DNA of 64,000 nucleotides from Dehalococcoidia bacterium (GTDB lineage Bacteria; Chloroflexota; Dehalococcoidia; Plut-88900): NCBI GenBank assembly GCA_965207225.1, contig CBDBLV010000005.1, positions 1,504,001 to 1,568,000 of the forward strand, read 5' to 3'. Shown piece by piece: positions 29,979 to 38,717 of this stretch (position 1 is its first letter; each line of letters starts with the position of its first letter). The notes under the pieces were generated by a model. It saw only the letters and a program-made list of their open reading frames with translations, ran no database searches and was not told where the DNA came from. The position numbers and the translations under genes were made by a program.

Positions 29979-32900
29979 CAGGAGTCGCCCTCCGTATCGA
30001 AGAGGCCCAGGGAGCAGATGATCTGAGGCTCCTGGGCATCGGCGGCTGCGTCCCCCGTCAGGCAGAGCCTGTCCTCCTCGCGCAGAGACATGACGATTTC
30101 GGCCAACTGGTCGTCGGAGACGCCGCTTCGGAGCTGCCGGTTCAGGGTGTCCACTGCCGACGGGCGCAGAGGATAGCGGTAGATGTCGTCGATGGCCTTG
30201 TGAAGTGCGTCTACGTCGAACAACTGACCCTTGATGGCGTCGGCGTGGGCTTTGAGGCGAGTGTAGGTGCGAAAGCGAGCGCCGGAGGGCCGTCCAAGCT
30301 GGCCTCCTACTCGCTTCTCCTCCCTAACGACGTGCCTAACGCCCTCGGCGACAAGCTCGTGGTGGCTCTCGTGGTGAGGCTGAGCCGGGGCGTCAGGCTT
30401 GCACTCTGCGGCGGAGAGGATTTCAAGCTGCGACTCGGTGATGCTTTGGCCCTTGCGGTCCACGTATGCGAGGGCGTCGTTGCCATCGGCGGTACGCATG
30501 AACACGAGCACGCCTTCGGGCCGTTGAGCGATGGGCGTGTGCTCCCGCGAGGAGAAGACGACGTCCGGCAAGTCGGCCACTGCCTTCTCCAATCGCGGGT
30601 CTGAGCCGATGGCGTTCTTCCAAATCTGGTAGGCGTGGGACGCCAAGTCCACGTCGCCCTCCGGGTCGCCGTCCAAGATGCCAGCTCGCTCGTGGTATAG
30701 GTTGAGAATGGCCTGATCGTCTTCTTCGTCCTCGAAGAACGCCTCGTCTGCGCCGACCACTTCGGCGTTCTCCCTGAGCCGCTCCCGGACCCGTCCGCGC
30801 AGGTCGATGATGCGCTCGACACCCTCGGCCGGTAAGAAGGAGTGGCAAAGAATCTCCTCCGCCTTCTGTCCGATGCGGTCGACGCGGCCCGCACGCTGGA
30901 TGAGACGGATGATGGCCCAGGGCAGGTCGTAGTTCACCACTACGTGGGAGTCCTGGAGGTTCTGGCCCTCACTTAGCACGTCGGTGGCAATCAGGACGCG
31001 AAGCTCACGCTCAGGTCTGCCCCGCCCCGGCCGCTGGTTGCTGTTCGGGCTGAATCGCCATGCCGAATCCGTGGGGTCGACGGAGTTGCCGGTAACTCCT
31101 GCCATGCCAGCCATCCCTCTCTTCCTGAGTTCGGCTTCCAAATAGTCAACGGTGTCGGCGAATTGAGAGAACACCAGCACCTTCTGGTCTGGGAAGGTCT
31201 CAGTCAGCAGTGAGTTGAGCGCGTCGAGCTTGGCGTCTTTGGCGGGGTCCCAGTCCCCGTAGGTCTGGAGTATGTCCATGAGGGCGTTGGAGTCCGACTG
31301 AAGCTCGCTCTCAAGAGAACTCTTGAACAGGTCGGCGCGGAGCCACTTGAATCGGCGACTATAGCGGCCCTCGTACTCGCCGTAGATCAGGGCCGCCCGC
31401 GCCTCAAAGTTGGAGGCAGTCCAAGCGCCGCTGGTCTGCTCGACCGCTTCATCCTGATCATCGTCGTCAGGGTCGAAGAGAGCGCCCTTCGCCTGGTCCG
31501 CGTCCTCGTCGGTGAATCGGGAGTCCAGCATCTCGGCGTCCTGCGTGCCGAGGGGCAAGGGCAGGCCGTTTCTGATCGCGTGGAGGAAGACGTAGTTGCG
31601 GAGCACGTGCCGCTCTACGGATTGCAGGAAGGACGCGCCACTGCTCTCCAGTCGTTTGAACAGGTTGGTGCGGCAGAATCCGATGAGCCGCTTGCCAGCC
31701 CGGGACAGGTCTTCAATCTGCCGCTCCTCTCCCTTACTAGGCGGCGTCTCCGGGTTGTCCAGCACGTAGTTGCCGAGTCCGTATCTAGGTAGATTCAATC
31801 GCTTTATGATCTCGACGACCCTTGCCGAATACAGCTTGGCGTACTGGTCGTTGGGGTTGGAGTCGTCGATGGCGAACTTGACTGTCTTAGGTACGCGGGT
31901 GGGGAAGAACGACTTCGTCCCGTCCTCGTAGGTGAGAAACTTACGGCCAGTCTCCAGGTCTGTCTCGGCGTAGTTGTCCTGGATGAAGCTGCGGGTGCGG
32001 CGCACCAGATAGAGACGCATCAGGTCGCGCCAGTCGTCGGCGTACTCACTGAAATCGAATGCCGCCAGGGTACGTGGCGCGGCCTGGTGGCGCCTGCTGA
32101 ACTCGATCTCGCCCAACTCACGCAGGAGTAGCTCAGGGCGAATGCCCAGGTCCTGGTCTTCCTCCACGAAGATGCGCAGTTGGCTGGATAGGTCCAAGTA
32201 CGTCTTGTTGTAGGGCGTGGCCGATAGGAGGATGCACTTGCTTTCGTTGGCGCGGACGTACTCTTGGATGGCTCGGTAGCGGCGGCCCTCGCGGTTGCGA
32301 AGGTTGTGGCTTTCGTCGATGACGACAAGGCGGTAACGGCGGAGTGTGGGGAGCTCTCCAATCACCTTGCCCATGGATAACACTCTGCCACGAAGTCCGT
32401 AGTCGTACCTATACGACTCCCACATGGGAACGAGGTTCGGGGGGCAGATGATGAGCGTTTCTAACCCGTAGTCGTCCTCGAATATGCGAGCGACGGCGGT
32501 GGCCATGAGCGTCTTGCCAAGACCCACCACGTCCCCGATGAGAACGCCGTTGCGCTTGTTCAGGTGATGGGCTGCTATTTTGACCGCAGCGGCCTGGAAG
32601 TCGAAGAGCCGGTCGCCGAACACCTTGGGAATCCTGAACTCGGCGAGGCCGGCGCGAGCTTCGTGGGAGAGGTGGTAGGCCATCTTCAGGTAGACGTGAT
32701 AGGGAGGTACCAGCGCCTCCCGCGCCCAGCTCTCTTCGATGATCTGGAGCAGTTCGTCTGTGATGTCCACGCAGAAGCGGTCGTTCCACCTGTCCTCGAA
32801 CCACTGCTTGAGCTTCACCGTGGCGTCTTGGTCGAGCACGTCCACGTTCAACTCGCCCTGTGCCGACAGACCGGCAAAGGTCAGGTTGCTGCTTCCCAGA

Positions 32901-33373
32901 TAGCCCACGATGGGGTTTATGGGATCGTTGCGAAACAGCAGATAGAGCTTTGCGTGCAGCGGGTGACGTAGGTAGAGCTTGACAACGACCTTCTTGGCGC
33001 GAAGCTGTTCGGCCAACTGCCGCAAGGTCCTCTCGTCGGCATTGGTCGGAGCGCCGATGGTGAGCTGCTGGCGGAGCTGTTCGGCCAATTGGACTCTGAG
33101 GCGGTGCGCCGTTTGGTTGTCCATGCTGGAGGGCCCGTCGACGAGACTTAGGGCGTCCCTGAGGTCGTCGTGCGGCAGTCGCTGCATACCGATGAGTACG
33201 CGGCACGGCCCGTCACCGTCGCTCCAATCGTCCACGTGCGGCGCAAGCCCGCCCCAACCGCGCAGGTTGAAATAGCCTACGCAGAAGTCCGCTCGCGACG
33301 AGAGTCCCAAGGTCTCCTGCAATGCGGGCAGGAGACTGGAGTTAGGAGTCAGATTGTCAAAGATACGCGGCAT
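29978..33373 (-). CDS. PLD-nuclease / SNF2-type helicase fusion
   Basis: 'LHAKLY...GSSNLT'; 'GDVVGLGKT', 'IDESHN', 'SATP', 'SEGQNLQ', 'QRAGRVDRIG'. Confidence 0.9.
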   Translation of the reverse strand: MPRIFDNLTPNSSLLPALQETLGLSSRADFCVGYFNLRGWGGLAPHVDDWSDGDGPCRVLIGMQRLPHDDLRDALSLVDGPSSMDNQTAHRLRVQLAEQLRQQLTIGAPTNADERTLRQLAEQLRAKKVVVKLYLRHPLHAKLYLLFRNDPINPIVGYLGSSNLTFAGLSAQGELNVDVLDQDATVKLKQWFEDRWNDRFCVDITDELLQIIEESWAREALVPPYHVYLKMAYHLSHEARAGLAEFRIPKVFGDRLFDFQAAAVKIAAHHLNKRNGVLIGDVVGLGKTLMATAVARIFEDDYGLETLIICPPNLVPMWESYRYDYGLRGRVLSMGKVIGELPTLRRYRLVVIDESHNLRNREGRRYRAIQEYVRANESKCILLSATPYNKTYLDLSSQLRIFVEEDQDLGIRPELLLRELGEIEFSRRHQAAPRTLAAFDFSEYADDWRDLMRLYLVRRTRSFIQDNYAETDLETGRKFLTYEDGTKSFFPTRVPKTVKFAIDDSNPNDQYAKLYSARVVEIIKRLNLPRYGLGNYVLDNPETPPSKGEERQIEDLSRAGKRLIGFCRTNLFKRLESSGASFLQSVERHVLRNYVFLHAIRNGLPLPLGTQDAEMLDSRFTDEDADQAKGALFDPDDDDQDEAVEQTSGAWTASNFEARAALIYGEYEGRYSRRFKWLRADLFKSSLESELQSDSNALMDILQTYGDWDPAKDAKLDALNSLLTETFPDQKVLVFSQFADTVDYLEAELRKRGMAGMAGVTGNSVDPTDSAWRFSPNSNQRPGRGRPERELRVLIATDVLSEGQNLQDSHVVVNYDLPWAIIRLIQRAGRVDRIGQKAEEILCHSFLPAEGVERIIDLRGRVRERLRENAEVVGADEAFFEDEEDDQAILNLYHERAGILDGDPEGDVDLASHAYQIWKNAIGSDPRLEKAVADLPDVVFSSREHTPIAQRPEGVLVFMRTADGNDALAYVDRKGQSITESQLEILSAAECKPDAPAQPHHESHHELVAEGVRHVVREEKRVGGQLGRPSGARFRTYTRLKAHADAIKGQLFDVDALHKAIDDIYRYPLRPSAVDTLNRQLRSGVSDDQLAEIVMSLREEDRLCLTGDAAADAQEPQIICSLGLFDTEGDS

Positions 33374-33379
33374 AAACGT

Positions 33380-33616
33380 TTACCCGTCATCCTGACTTCG
33401 GCCAGCGTCGTCCTGCGACCGTGATGAGTCTTCTGCCTTGTTGCCACCCCCTGCCTTCACCCATTCGTCTACTTCCGAAAGCCGAAAGCGCAGGAGCCGC
33501 CCCACCTTGTGCGCTGGGAAGTCCTTTGAGTCAACCCAACGATATATGGAGTCTTTTCCTACGCTCAGGTGGGCAGCTACGTCTGTGATACCGACCCAAC
33601 CTTCTTCAGACGCCAT
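33380..33616 (-). CDS. Excisionase-family (HTH_17) DNA-binding protein
   Basis: 'WVGITDVAAHLSVGKDSIYRWV...PAHKVGRLLRFRLSEVDEWV'. Confidence 0.9.
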   Translation of the reverse strand: MASEEGWVGITDVAAHLSVGKDSIYRWVDSKDFPAHKVGRLLRFRLSEVDEWVKAGGGNKAEDSSRSQDDAGRSQDDG

Positions 33617-33628
33617 ATCGAGTAACTC

Positions 33629-33688
33629 CTTACAATGAAAGCCTACAACTTACGATGAAAGTATAGGTTTACGGGTATCTGTCGTCAA
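33629..33688 (-). promoter_or_regulatory. Sigma70-type promoter (TTGACG-17-TATACT) with two 13-bp direct repeats
   Basis: -35 at 33683-33688, -10 at 33660-33665; cttacRatgaaag at 33629-41 and 33649-61. Confidence 0.75.
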
Positions 33689-33860
33689 TCATCTTCTGTT
33701 CCAAGACTGGGAAGGAGCTAGGCCCCGGATTCTGGGCAAGGAGAGTGAGGCTCGTGGCGACATTTGACGCTTTTCGTGATGGCCTCCATGTTGACCTCGT
33801 CCCACGGAGTCTCTCGCAAACCTCGCAGTCAACTTGCTCGATCTGCGTGCCCTCTTTCTC

Positions 33861-34607
33861 TTACCGGGCAAGTTGCCGCTTCGACCGCTGAGCCCGCCTA
33901 GGAAGATCAGGCTCGGCAGGAGCGACAGCCGCGTTGGCGCCATGACCCGGATACGTCACATCCTGCTCTAGGGCCATGCTCGGCCACCCTCCGGCTCCCA
34001 GCGGCTCGGCCGGTGTCGGACCCGTGAGTGGCCTTGGGTGCACCGCACCTGCCACAGCGCTGCTCGACGAAGGAGCTCGAGTCTCATCACATGCGGGCTC
34101 CCCGTCCTCCGCACCGTCACCGCTCGCTTCCAACGCCAGAAGCCGCTGGTCGAGCAGGCGACGCTGCACGCCGTAGTACTTCCGCACCCCGTCCAGCGAC
34201 ATCCTCAACCTCTTGAGATCGGAAGGGAGAGACTCCTTCAGATCCCTGACCTGTCCTTCCAGTTTATCGAGCCGACCCTCCATCCTGTTCAATCCCTTGA
34301 GGCCGCCTCGGAGTTCCTCTTTCAACTCCTTCAGCTGCGCCTCCAGCTTCTCGTTGCGCCTGCGCTGACGCTCCGCCGCCGACCCCACACCCTCCTGCAA
34401 CGCACGCTCCAAGGCCTCCCTCACCCGGCGCGTCAGCTGTCCCGTCCTGACGCTGCTGGTCACCGTCTTCGGGTCGATCTCCAGCACCTGGGCCGCGCCC
34501 TTGTAGCCCTTCCCCCGCACCAACTCTTGCAGCAGAGCCATGAGCCGCATGTGGTAGAAGTTATCCACGTCCCTACTGCTGTCAATGCTGTGACTGGTCG
34601 TTCTCAT
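33861..34607 (-). CDS. HTH plus coiled-coil hypothetical protein (paralog 1)
   Basis: 'LLQELVRGKGYKGAAQVLEIDPKTV...GQLTRRVREALE'. Confidence 0.7.
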   Translation of the reverse strand: MRTTSHSIDSSRDVDNFYHMRLMALLQELVRGKGYKGAAQVLEIDPKTVTSSVRTGQLTRRVREALERALQEGVGSAAERQRRRNEKLEAQLKELKEELRGGLKGLNRMEGRLDKLEGQVRDLKESLPSDLKRLRMSLDGVRKYYGVQRRLLDQRLLALEASGDGAEDGEPACDETRAPSSSSAVAGAVHPRPLTGPTPAEPLGAGGWPSMALEQDVTYPGHGANAAVAPAEPDLPRRAQRSKRQLAR

Positions 34608-34608
34608 G

Positions 34609-35472
34609 TCAACTCCTTTCCCCTTGATTTCGTTGAGGGATCGATCCGGCGTCGGAAGGCAGGTCCCGCCAACATCGTCCGAACGTGACGAACCTCAGGA
34701 CCTGCCTCACGCGCCAGCGCCAGAACCACGCCCTTCGCGTTTCGTAGAACGCGGTCCAGCGCCAGCTGGTCTGCCCGCTTCGGTCGAGGCCGTGCAGTGG
34801 TTGCCTCTCCGGGGGAAGCGTCATCCCGTGCTGTTCGAGCAGCTCCAACTCCACCTCCAACAGACGCTTGCGTCGAGTCAGCCACTGGAAACCCTTGCCG
34901 TTGTGGGAGTAAGCGTCGCTCAACTCCCGCCACTCGGCGATCAGCGGCCAGGCTTCGCCGAACACGTCTGCGTCGTCCTCGGCGGGCTCCTCAGTCACCA
35001 ACTGGGGGTACTCCCTCCACACCCTGGGCTTCGACGAAGGCTTTCCACCCTGCGCCGTCACACCGGCTTCCGAGCCGTCCACCCCCGCCTGCCTAGGACC
35101 GACGCCCATGCCGTCGTCTCGACGCAGACCCTCGACTGCACCCTCGATGCCAGCCAGACGCCTACGCACTTCCTTGGCCAACCCATCGACCGCGCCTTCC
35201 ATCTCTGTCAACCGCTCCTCCAGCTTGTCGTTACGGTCCCGCTGCTCTTCAGCGGCAGAGCCCAAGCCCGACTGGAGAGCCCTGTCCAGCGCTCTCCTCA
35301 TGCGCCTCGACAGCACGCCCTCGTCCAGCCCGGCGTCCAGCGTTCTGCGGTCCACCCCCAGCATGGCCGCCGCCTTCTTTCGTCCGTGATCCCGCGCAAA
35401 CTCCCGCAGCAGCGCCAAGAGACGCATGTCCATGACCTCACCGTCTTCGATGACTGGTCCTTCCTGTTTCAT
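34609..35472 (-). CDS. HTH plus coiled-coil hypothetical protein (paralog 2)
   Basis: 'GRKKAAAMLGVDRRTL'; C-terminal domain shared with 58015-58881. Confidence 0.75.
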   Translation of the reverse strand: MKQEGPVIEDGEVMDMRLLALLREFARDHGRKKAAAMLGVDRRTLDAGLDEGVLSRRMRRALDRALQSGLGSAAEEQRDRNDKLEERLTEMEGAVDGLAKEVRRRLAGIEGAVEGLRRDDGMGVGPRQAGVDGSEAGVTAQGGKPSSKPRVWREYPQLVTEEPAEDDADVFGEAWPLIAEWRELSDAYSHNGKGFQWLTRRKRLLEVELELLEQHGMTLPPERQPLHGLDRSGQTSWRWTAFYETRRAWFWRWRVRQVLRFVTFGRCWRDLPSDAGSIPQRNQGERS

Positions 35473-35596
35473 CCGGTTGCTCCTCTCTTTGTGTCCCGTC
35501 CACAAGCCCGATGCTCTGAACTCAGGTATGACGCTCCCATGCCGGACGCCCCTGTCACGTCCAGTAGGGGGCTTTCAGCCCCGGCAGCCCGTACGG

Positions 35597-36031
35597 CTAC
35601 TCCACTTGGCGCCGTCCTCCGCTCCCCGCTTTACCATCGCCGGGAGCCTCAGCTTCGGGGTGTGCCATCGACTGCGCCTCTTCCAACGCCTCCACCCGCA
35701 GGGTCAGCCCTTCGAGCAGGTCCTCCACTTCACCCATCGACTCCAGCAGGAACCTGATCTGCGACTCCATCCGGTCCAGCGGCATGGCTTCCCGGGCCTC
35801 GGGGTCGTCTTCCCTGGCCATGAGGGTCTGGACTGCGTAGGTCATCCTGGGCGTCAGCCGTTCCCGTCGCAGAGCCAGGGCCACAGTCTTGCGGTCTACT
35901 CCCAGCAGACTCGCCGCTCGACGCTGCCCCCTCCGCTTGACCAGCCACTCCACAGCCCACTTCAAGTCAGGCTCATCTGCACGCGCCCCGGTCTTCCGAC
36001 CGCCGTTCCTCTCCGCCGTCTTGCTACTCAT
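35597..36031 (-). CDS. HTH plus coiled-coil hypothetical protein (paralog 3)
   Basis: 'GQRRAASLLGVDRKTV...RLTPRM'. Confidence 0.7.
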   Translation of the reverse strand: MSSKTAERNGGRKTGARADEPDLKWAVEWLVKRRGQRRAASLLGVDRKTVALALRRERLTPRMTYAVQTLMAREDDPEAREAMPLDRMESQIRFLLESMGEVEDLLEGLTLRVEALEEAQSMAHPEAEAPGDGKAGSGGRRQVE

Positions 36032-36510
36032 CTCTACCCTCCTGTAGGGGGTCCTTTAGGGGTGGCCCAGGTCTGCAATGCGGGCCTCTCTTTCACCGGA
36101 ATCCGCCCTTGCAAAAATGTGTTCATTCCAGGGGTCCTAAACCCCCCGAAATTCACCTGTTTTCCAAGCTGCATTGGCCCAGAATGTCCATATCTCCCCC
36201 AAGTCGCTATTCCCTGTACAGCCCCCGCACCGGTATTTCCGTCCAAAAGGGTGGGCCAAACTGGGCCACCACTTGCGCCAACCGCATCCCCTGAGAGTGT
36301 TCGTTTTGGGTCATTTGACCTCACCCTGGACAGCCTGGCCGCTGCGAAATCGACGCCAGTGTCCGGTGGTCGGTCTAGAGCGGTGGAGGTCCGGCTGGGA
36401 CGGACAGTCCGGGCATCAGGTTGCCCGCCGACCGTTCACACGTGAATCGGGGCCGCCGAGGACCTGGCTGGGGACACCGCCAATGAGAGCACAGAAGTAG
36501 GGGCCTGGAT

Positions 36511-36554
36511 ACTACCCGGAAGGTGCATTACGCATGATGCACCTTCCGGGTAGT
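36511..36554. repeat. Perfect 18-bp inverted repeat, 8-nt loop
   Basis: actacccggaaggtgcat / atgcaccttccgggtagt. Confidence 0.9.
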
Positions 36555-36873
36555 TTCTTGCCGCATTTCAATCGCTCACACTTGCACTAGGTCACCCGGG
36601 ACCCGGCTGACGATCTCGCCGCAATCACGAATCCCGGCGTACCAATGACATCACAGAACGGACGCGAAGGAATGGGCCTGTAGGGGCGCGCACATGTGTG
36701 ACCCCCTACAGCAGGTCTTGCACGGCGCTCACTCCGTTCACGCTGTTCGGGAATCGCAACCCAGCCGACTCGCAGTCAATGGAGCGAACCCGGGACAGCA
36801 CCGATGCACACGAGATCGACGGACCGCAACGACCATGATCGTCTTCGGGAGAAGACAGCGGCAATTGGACGAA

Positions 36874-37101
36874 ATGGAAGACACGAAGACACAGAACGGA
36901 CGAAGGAGGCCCGAAGGGGACGCCTCCGAGTTCGGCGTCGTCCGGGTCTTCTCCAAGCCCGCCCCCGACGCCGAGGACCGGCTGCGCCGTCTCTTCACCC
37001 TGCTGCTCAAGCCCCCGACCAGCGACGGGCAAGCTGCGTCCGAGAAGGAATCATCCCTGGACGACCGGCAACCCGACGGCCACCCGGAGGCGGAATCCTG
37101 A
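36874..37101 (+). CDS. Small hypothetical protein leading the integrase-side operon
   Basis: 75 aa 'VRVFSKPAPDAEDRLRRLFTLLL'; TGATG coupling to the next gene. Confidence 0.55.
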   Translation: MEDTKTQNGRRRPEGDASEFGVVRVFSKPAPDAEDRLRRLFTLLLKPPTSDGQAASEKESSLDDRQPDGHPEAES

Positions 37102-38291
37102 TGCCTTCCGAGTCGTCCCCCAACAGCAACCAGCTATCGCCGCGGCGAGCAGCTCTCAGTAAGGACGTCCCGTACCAGGCCGTCTACGGAGACGTGTCGA
37201 AGATCATCGACGCGGCCAGGGAGTCGGCCGCCCGCTCGGTGAACGCCGCCATGACCGCAGCGTACTGGCTCATTGGGCGGCGCATCATCGAGTTCGAGCA
37301 GTCGGGAGAGGAGCGGGCCGAGTACGGAGCGGCGCTCATCGAGAAGCTGGCTGAGGACCTGACCGTGCAGTTCGGACGGGGCTTCTCACTTCGGAACATC
37401 TACAACATGCGCCTGTTCTACCTAGCCCATCCGACCGACCGAATTCTCCAGACACCGTCTGCAAAATTCGAGACCCCCTCCGTCGAGGTGGGCTTCGACG
37501 ACCTTCTGACCGCCTTTCCGCTGCCCTGGTCGGCCTACGTGCGTCTCCTGTCGGTCAAGGATGAGGGCGCCCGCGAGTTCTACGAGGCTGAGGCACTGCG
37601 AGGAGGTTGGTCGGTCCGTCAGCTCGACCGGCAGATCGGCTCCCAGTTCTACGAGCGCACAGCCCTCTCGCGGAACAAGGCCGCCATGCTGAACAGCGGA
37701 AAGGAGCAACGCCCCCAAGACCTCGCAGTGCCCCAAGAGCAGATCAAGGACCCCTTCGTCCTGGAGTTTCTCGACCTCAAGGACGAGTACTCTGAGAGCG
37801 ACCTCGAAGAGTCGCTGGTCAGTCACCTGGAGACCTTTCTGCTAGAGCTTGGCGACGACTTTTGCTTCATGGGCAGGCAGAGGCGGCTGCGCATCGGCAA
37901 CAGGTGGTACAGAGTGGATTTGTTGTTCTATCACCGGGGTCTGCGGTGTCTCGTGGTCATCGATCTGAAGATCGGGGCGTTCAGCCACGCCGACGCCGGG
38001 CAGATGCACCTTTACTTGAACTACGCGCGGGAGCACTGGGTCCGCGAGGGCGAGAACCCGCCCGTCGGACTCATCCTCTGCTCCGAGAAGGACGAGACGT
38101 TGGCGCGGTACGCCCTCGATGGTCTGCCGAACAACGTGATGGCCGGGGAGTACCGCATCACCCTACCGGACGAGGAGCTCTTGGCGGGCGAGCTCGACCG
38201 GACGCGGCAGGCGATGGAGCTGCGAGGACCTATGGCATCGGAGGCTATAATCACCGCCGAGACAACGGGCAAGGAGCGGCCCTGTGAGTAG
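37101..38291 (+). CDS. YhcG/DUF1016 PD-(D/E)xK nuclease-family protein
   Basis: 'YWLIGRRI', 'LPWSAY', 'WSVRQLDRQI', 'IKDPFVLEFL', 'DLLFYHR.LRCLVVIDLK'. Confidence 0.92.
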   Translation: MPSESSPNSNQLSPRRAALSKDVPYQAVYGDVSKIIDAARESAARSVNAAMTAAYWLIGRRIIEFEQSGEERAEYGAALIEKLAEDLTVQFGRGFSLRNIYNMRLFYLAHPTDRILQTPSAKFETPSVEVGFDDLLTAFPLPWSAYVRLLSVKDEGAREFYEAEALRGGWSVRQLDRQIGSQFYERTALSRNKAAMLNSGKEQRPQDLAVPQEQIKDPFVLEFLDLKDEYSESDLEESLVSHLETFLLELGDDFCFMGRQRRLRIGNRWYRVDLLFYHRGLRCLVVIDLKIGAFSHADAGQMHLYLNYAREHWVREGENPPVGLILCSEKDETLARYALDGLPNNVMAGEYRITLPDEELLAGELDRTRQAMELRGPMASEAIITAETTGKERPCE

Positions 38292-38503
38292 ACGCGAAGG
38301 AGAGACCATCCGACGCATTCGGGATGCTGTAAGTCACGGACTGCTCGAGGAGCCGTTCAGCCCACGAGACGTAAACGACGCGCTGGATATCCACTGGGCA
38401 GGAACGTTCCTCCCCAAGCATCGGGTCGGCAATCCTGGTGGATACACGGAGCTTTTGTGCAGGTAAGCCGTTACCCCGCCCTGTATCGCCTGACGGCAGA
38501 ATA
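38284..38503 (+). pseudogene. Small hypothetical gene with probable 1-nt frameshift
   Basis: Adding one T in the run at ~38453-56 extends it as 'ELFVQVSRYPALYRLTAE*'. Confidence 0.35.
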
Positions 38504-38717
38504 GGACACCGTAGAGGCCCACTGCGCTTTGACTCCCTCCAGCCCAGCGCGGTAAAATGGATGGCAGAAAGAAGTTGGTCCGGCGGTGCTGCTAACACCC
38601 CGGACCGTGGCGCCACCTGATAGGACAGGTGATGCGAATAGATTGTACTACTCGCAGACCCGCTCCCGACAGGAGGCGGGTCTTCTTCATTTCAGGGAAA
38701 CACGACAGGAGGCAGAC

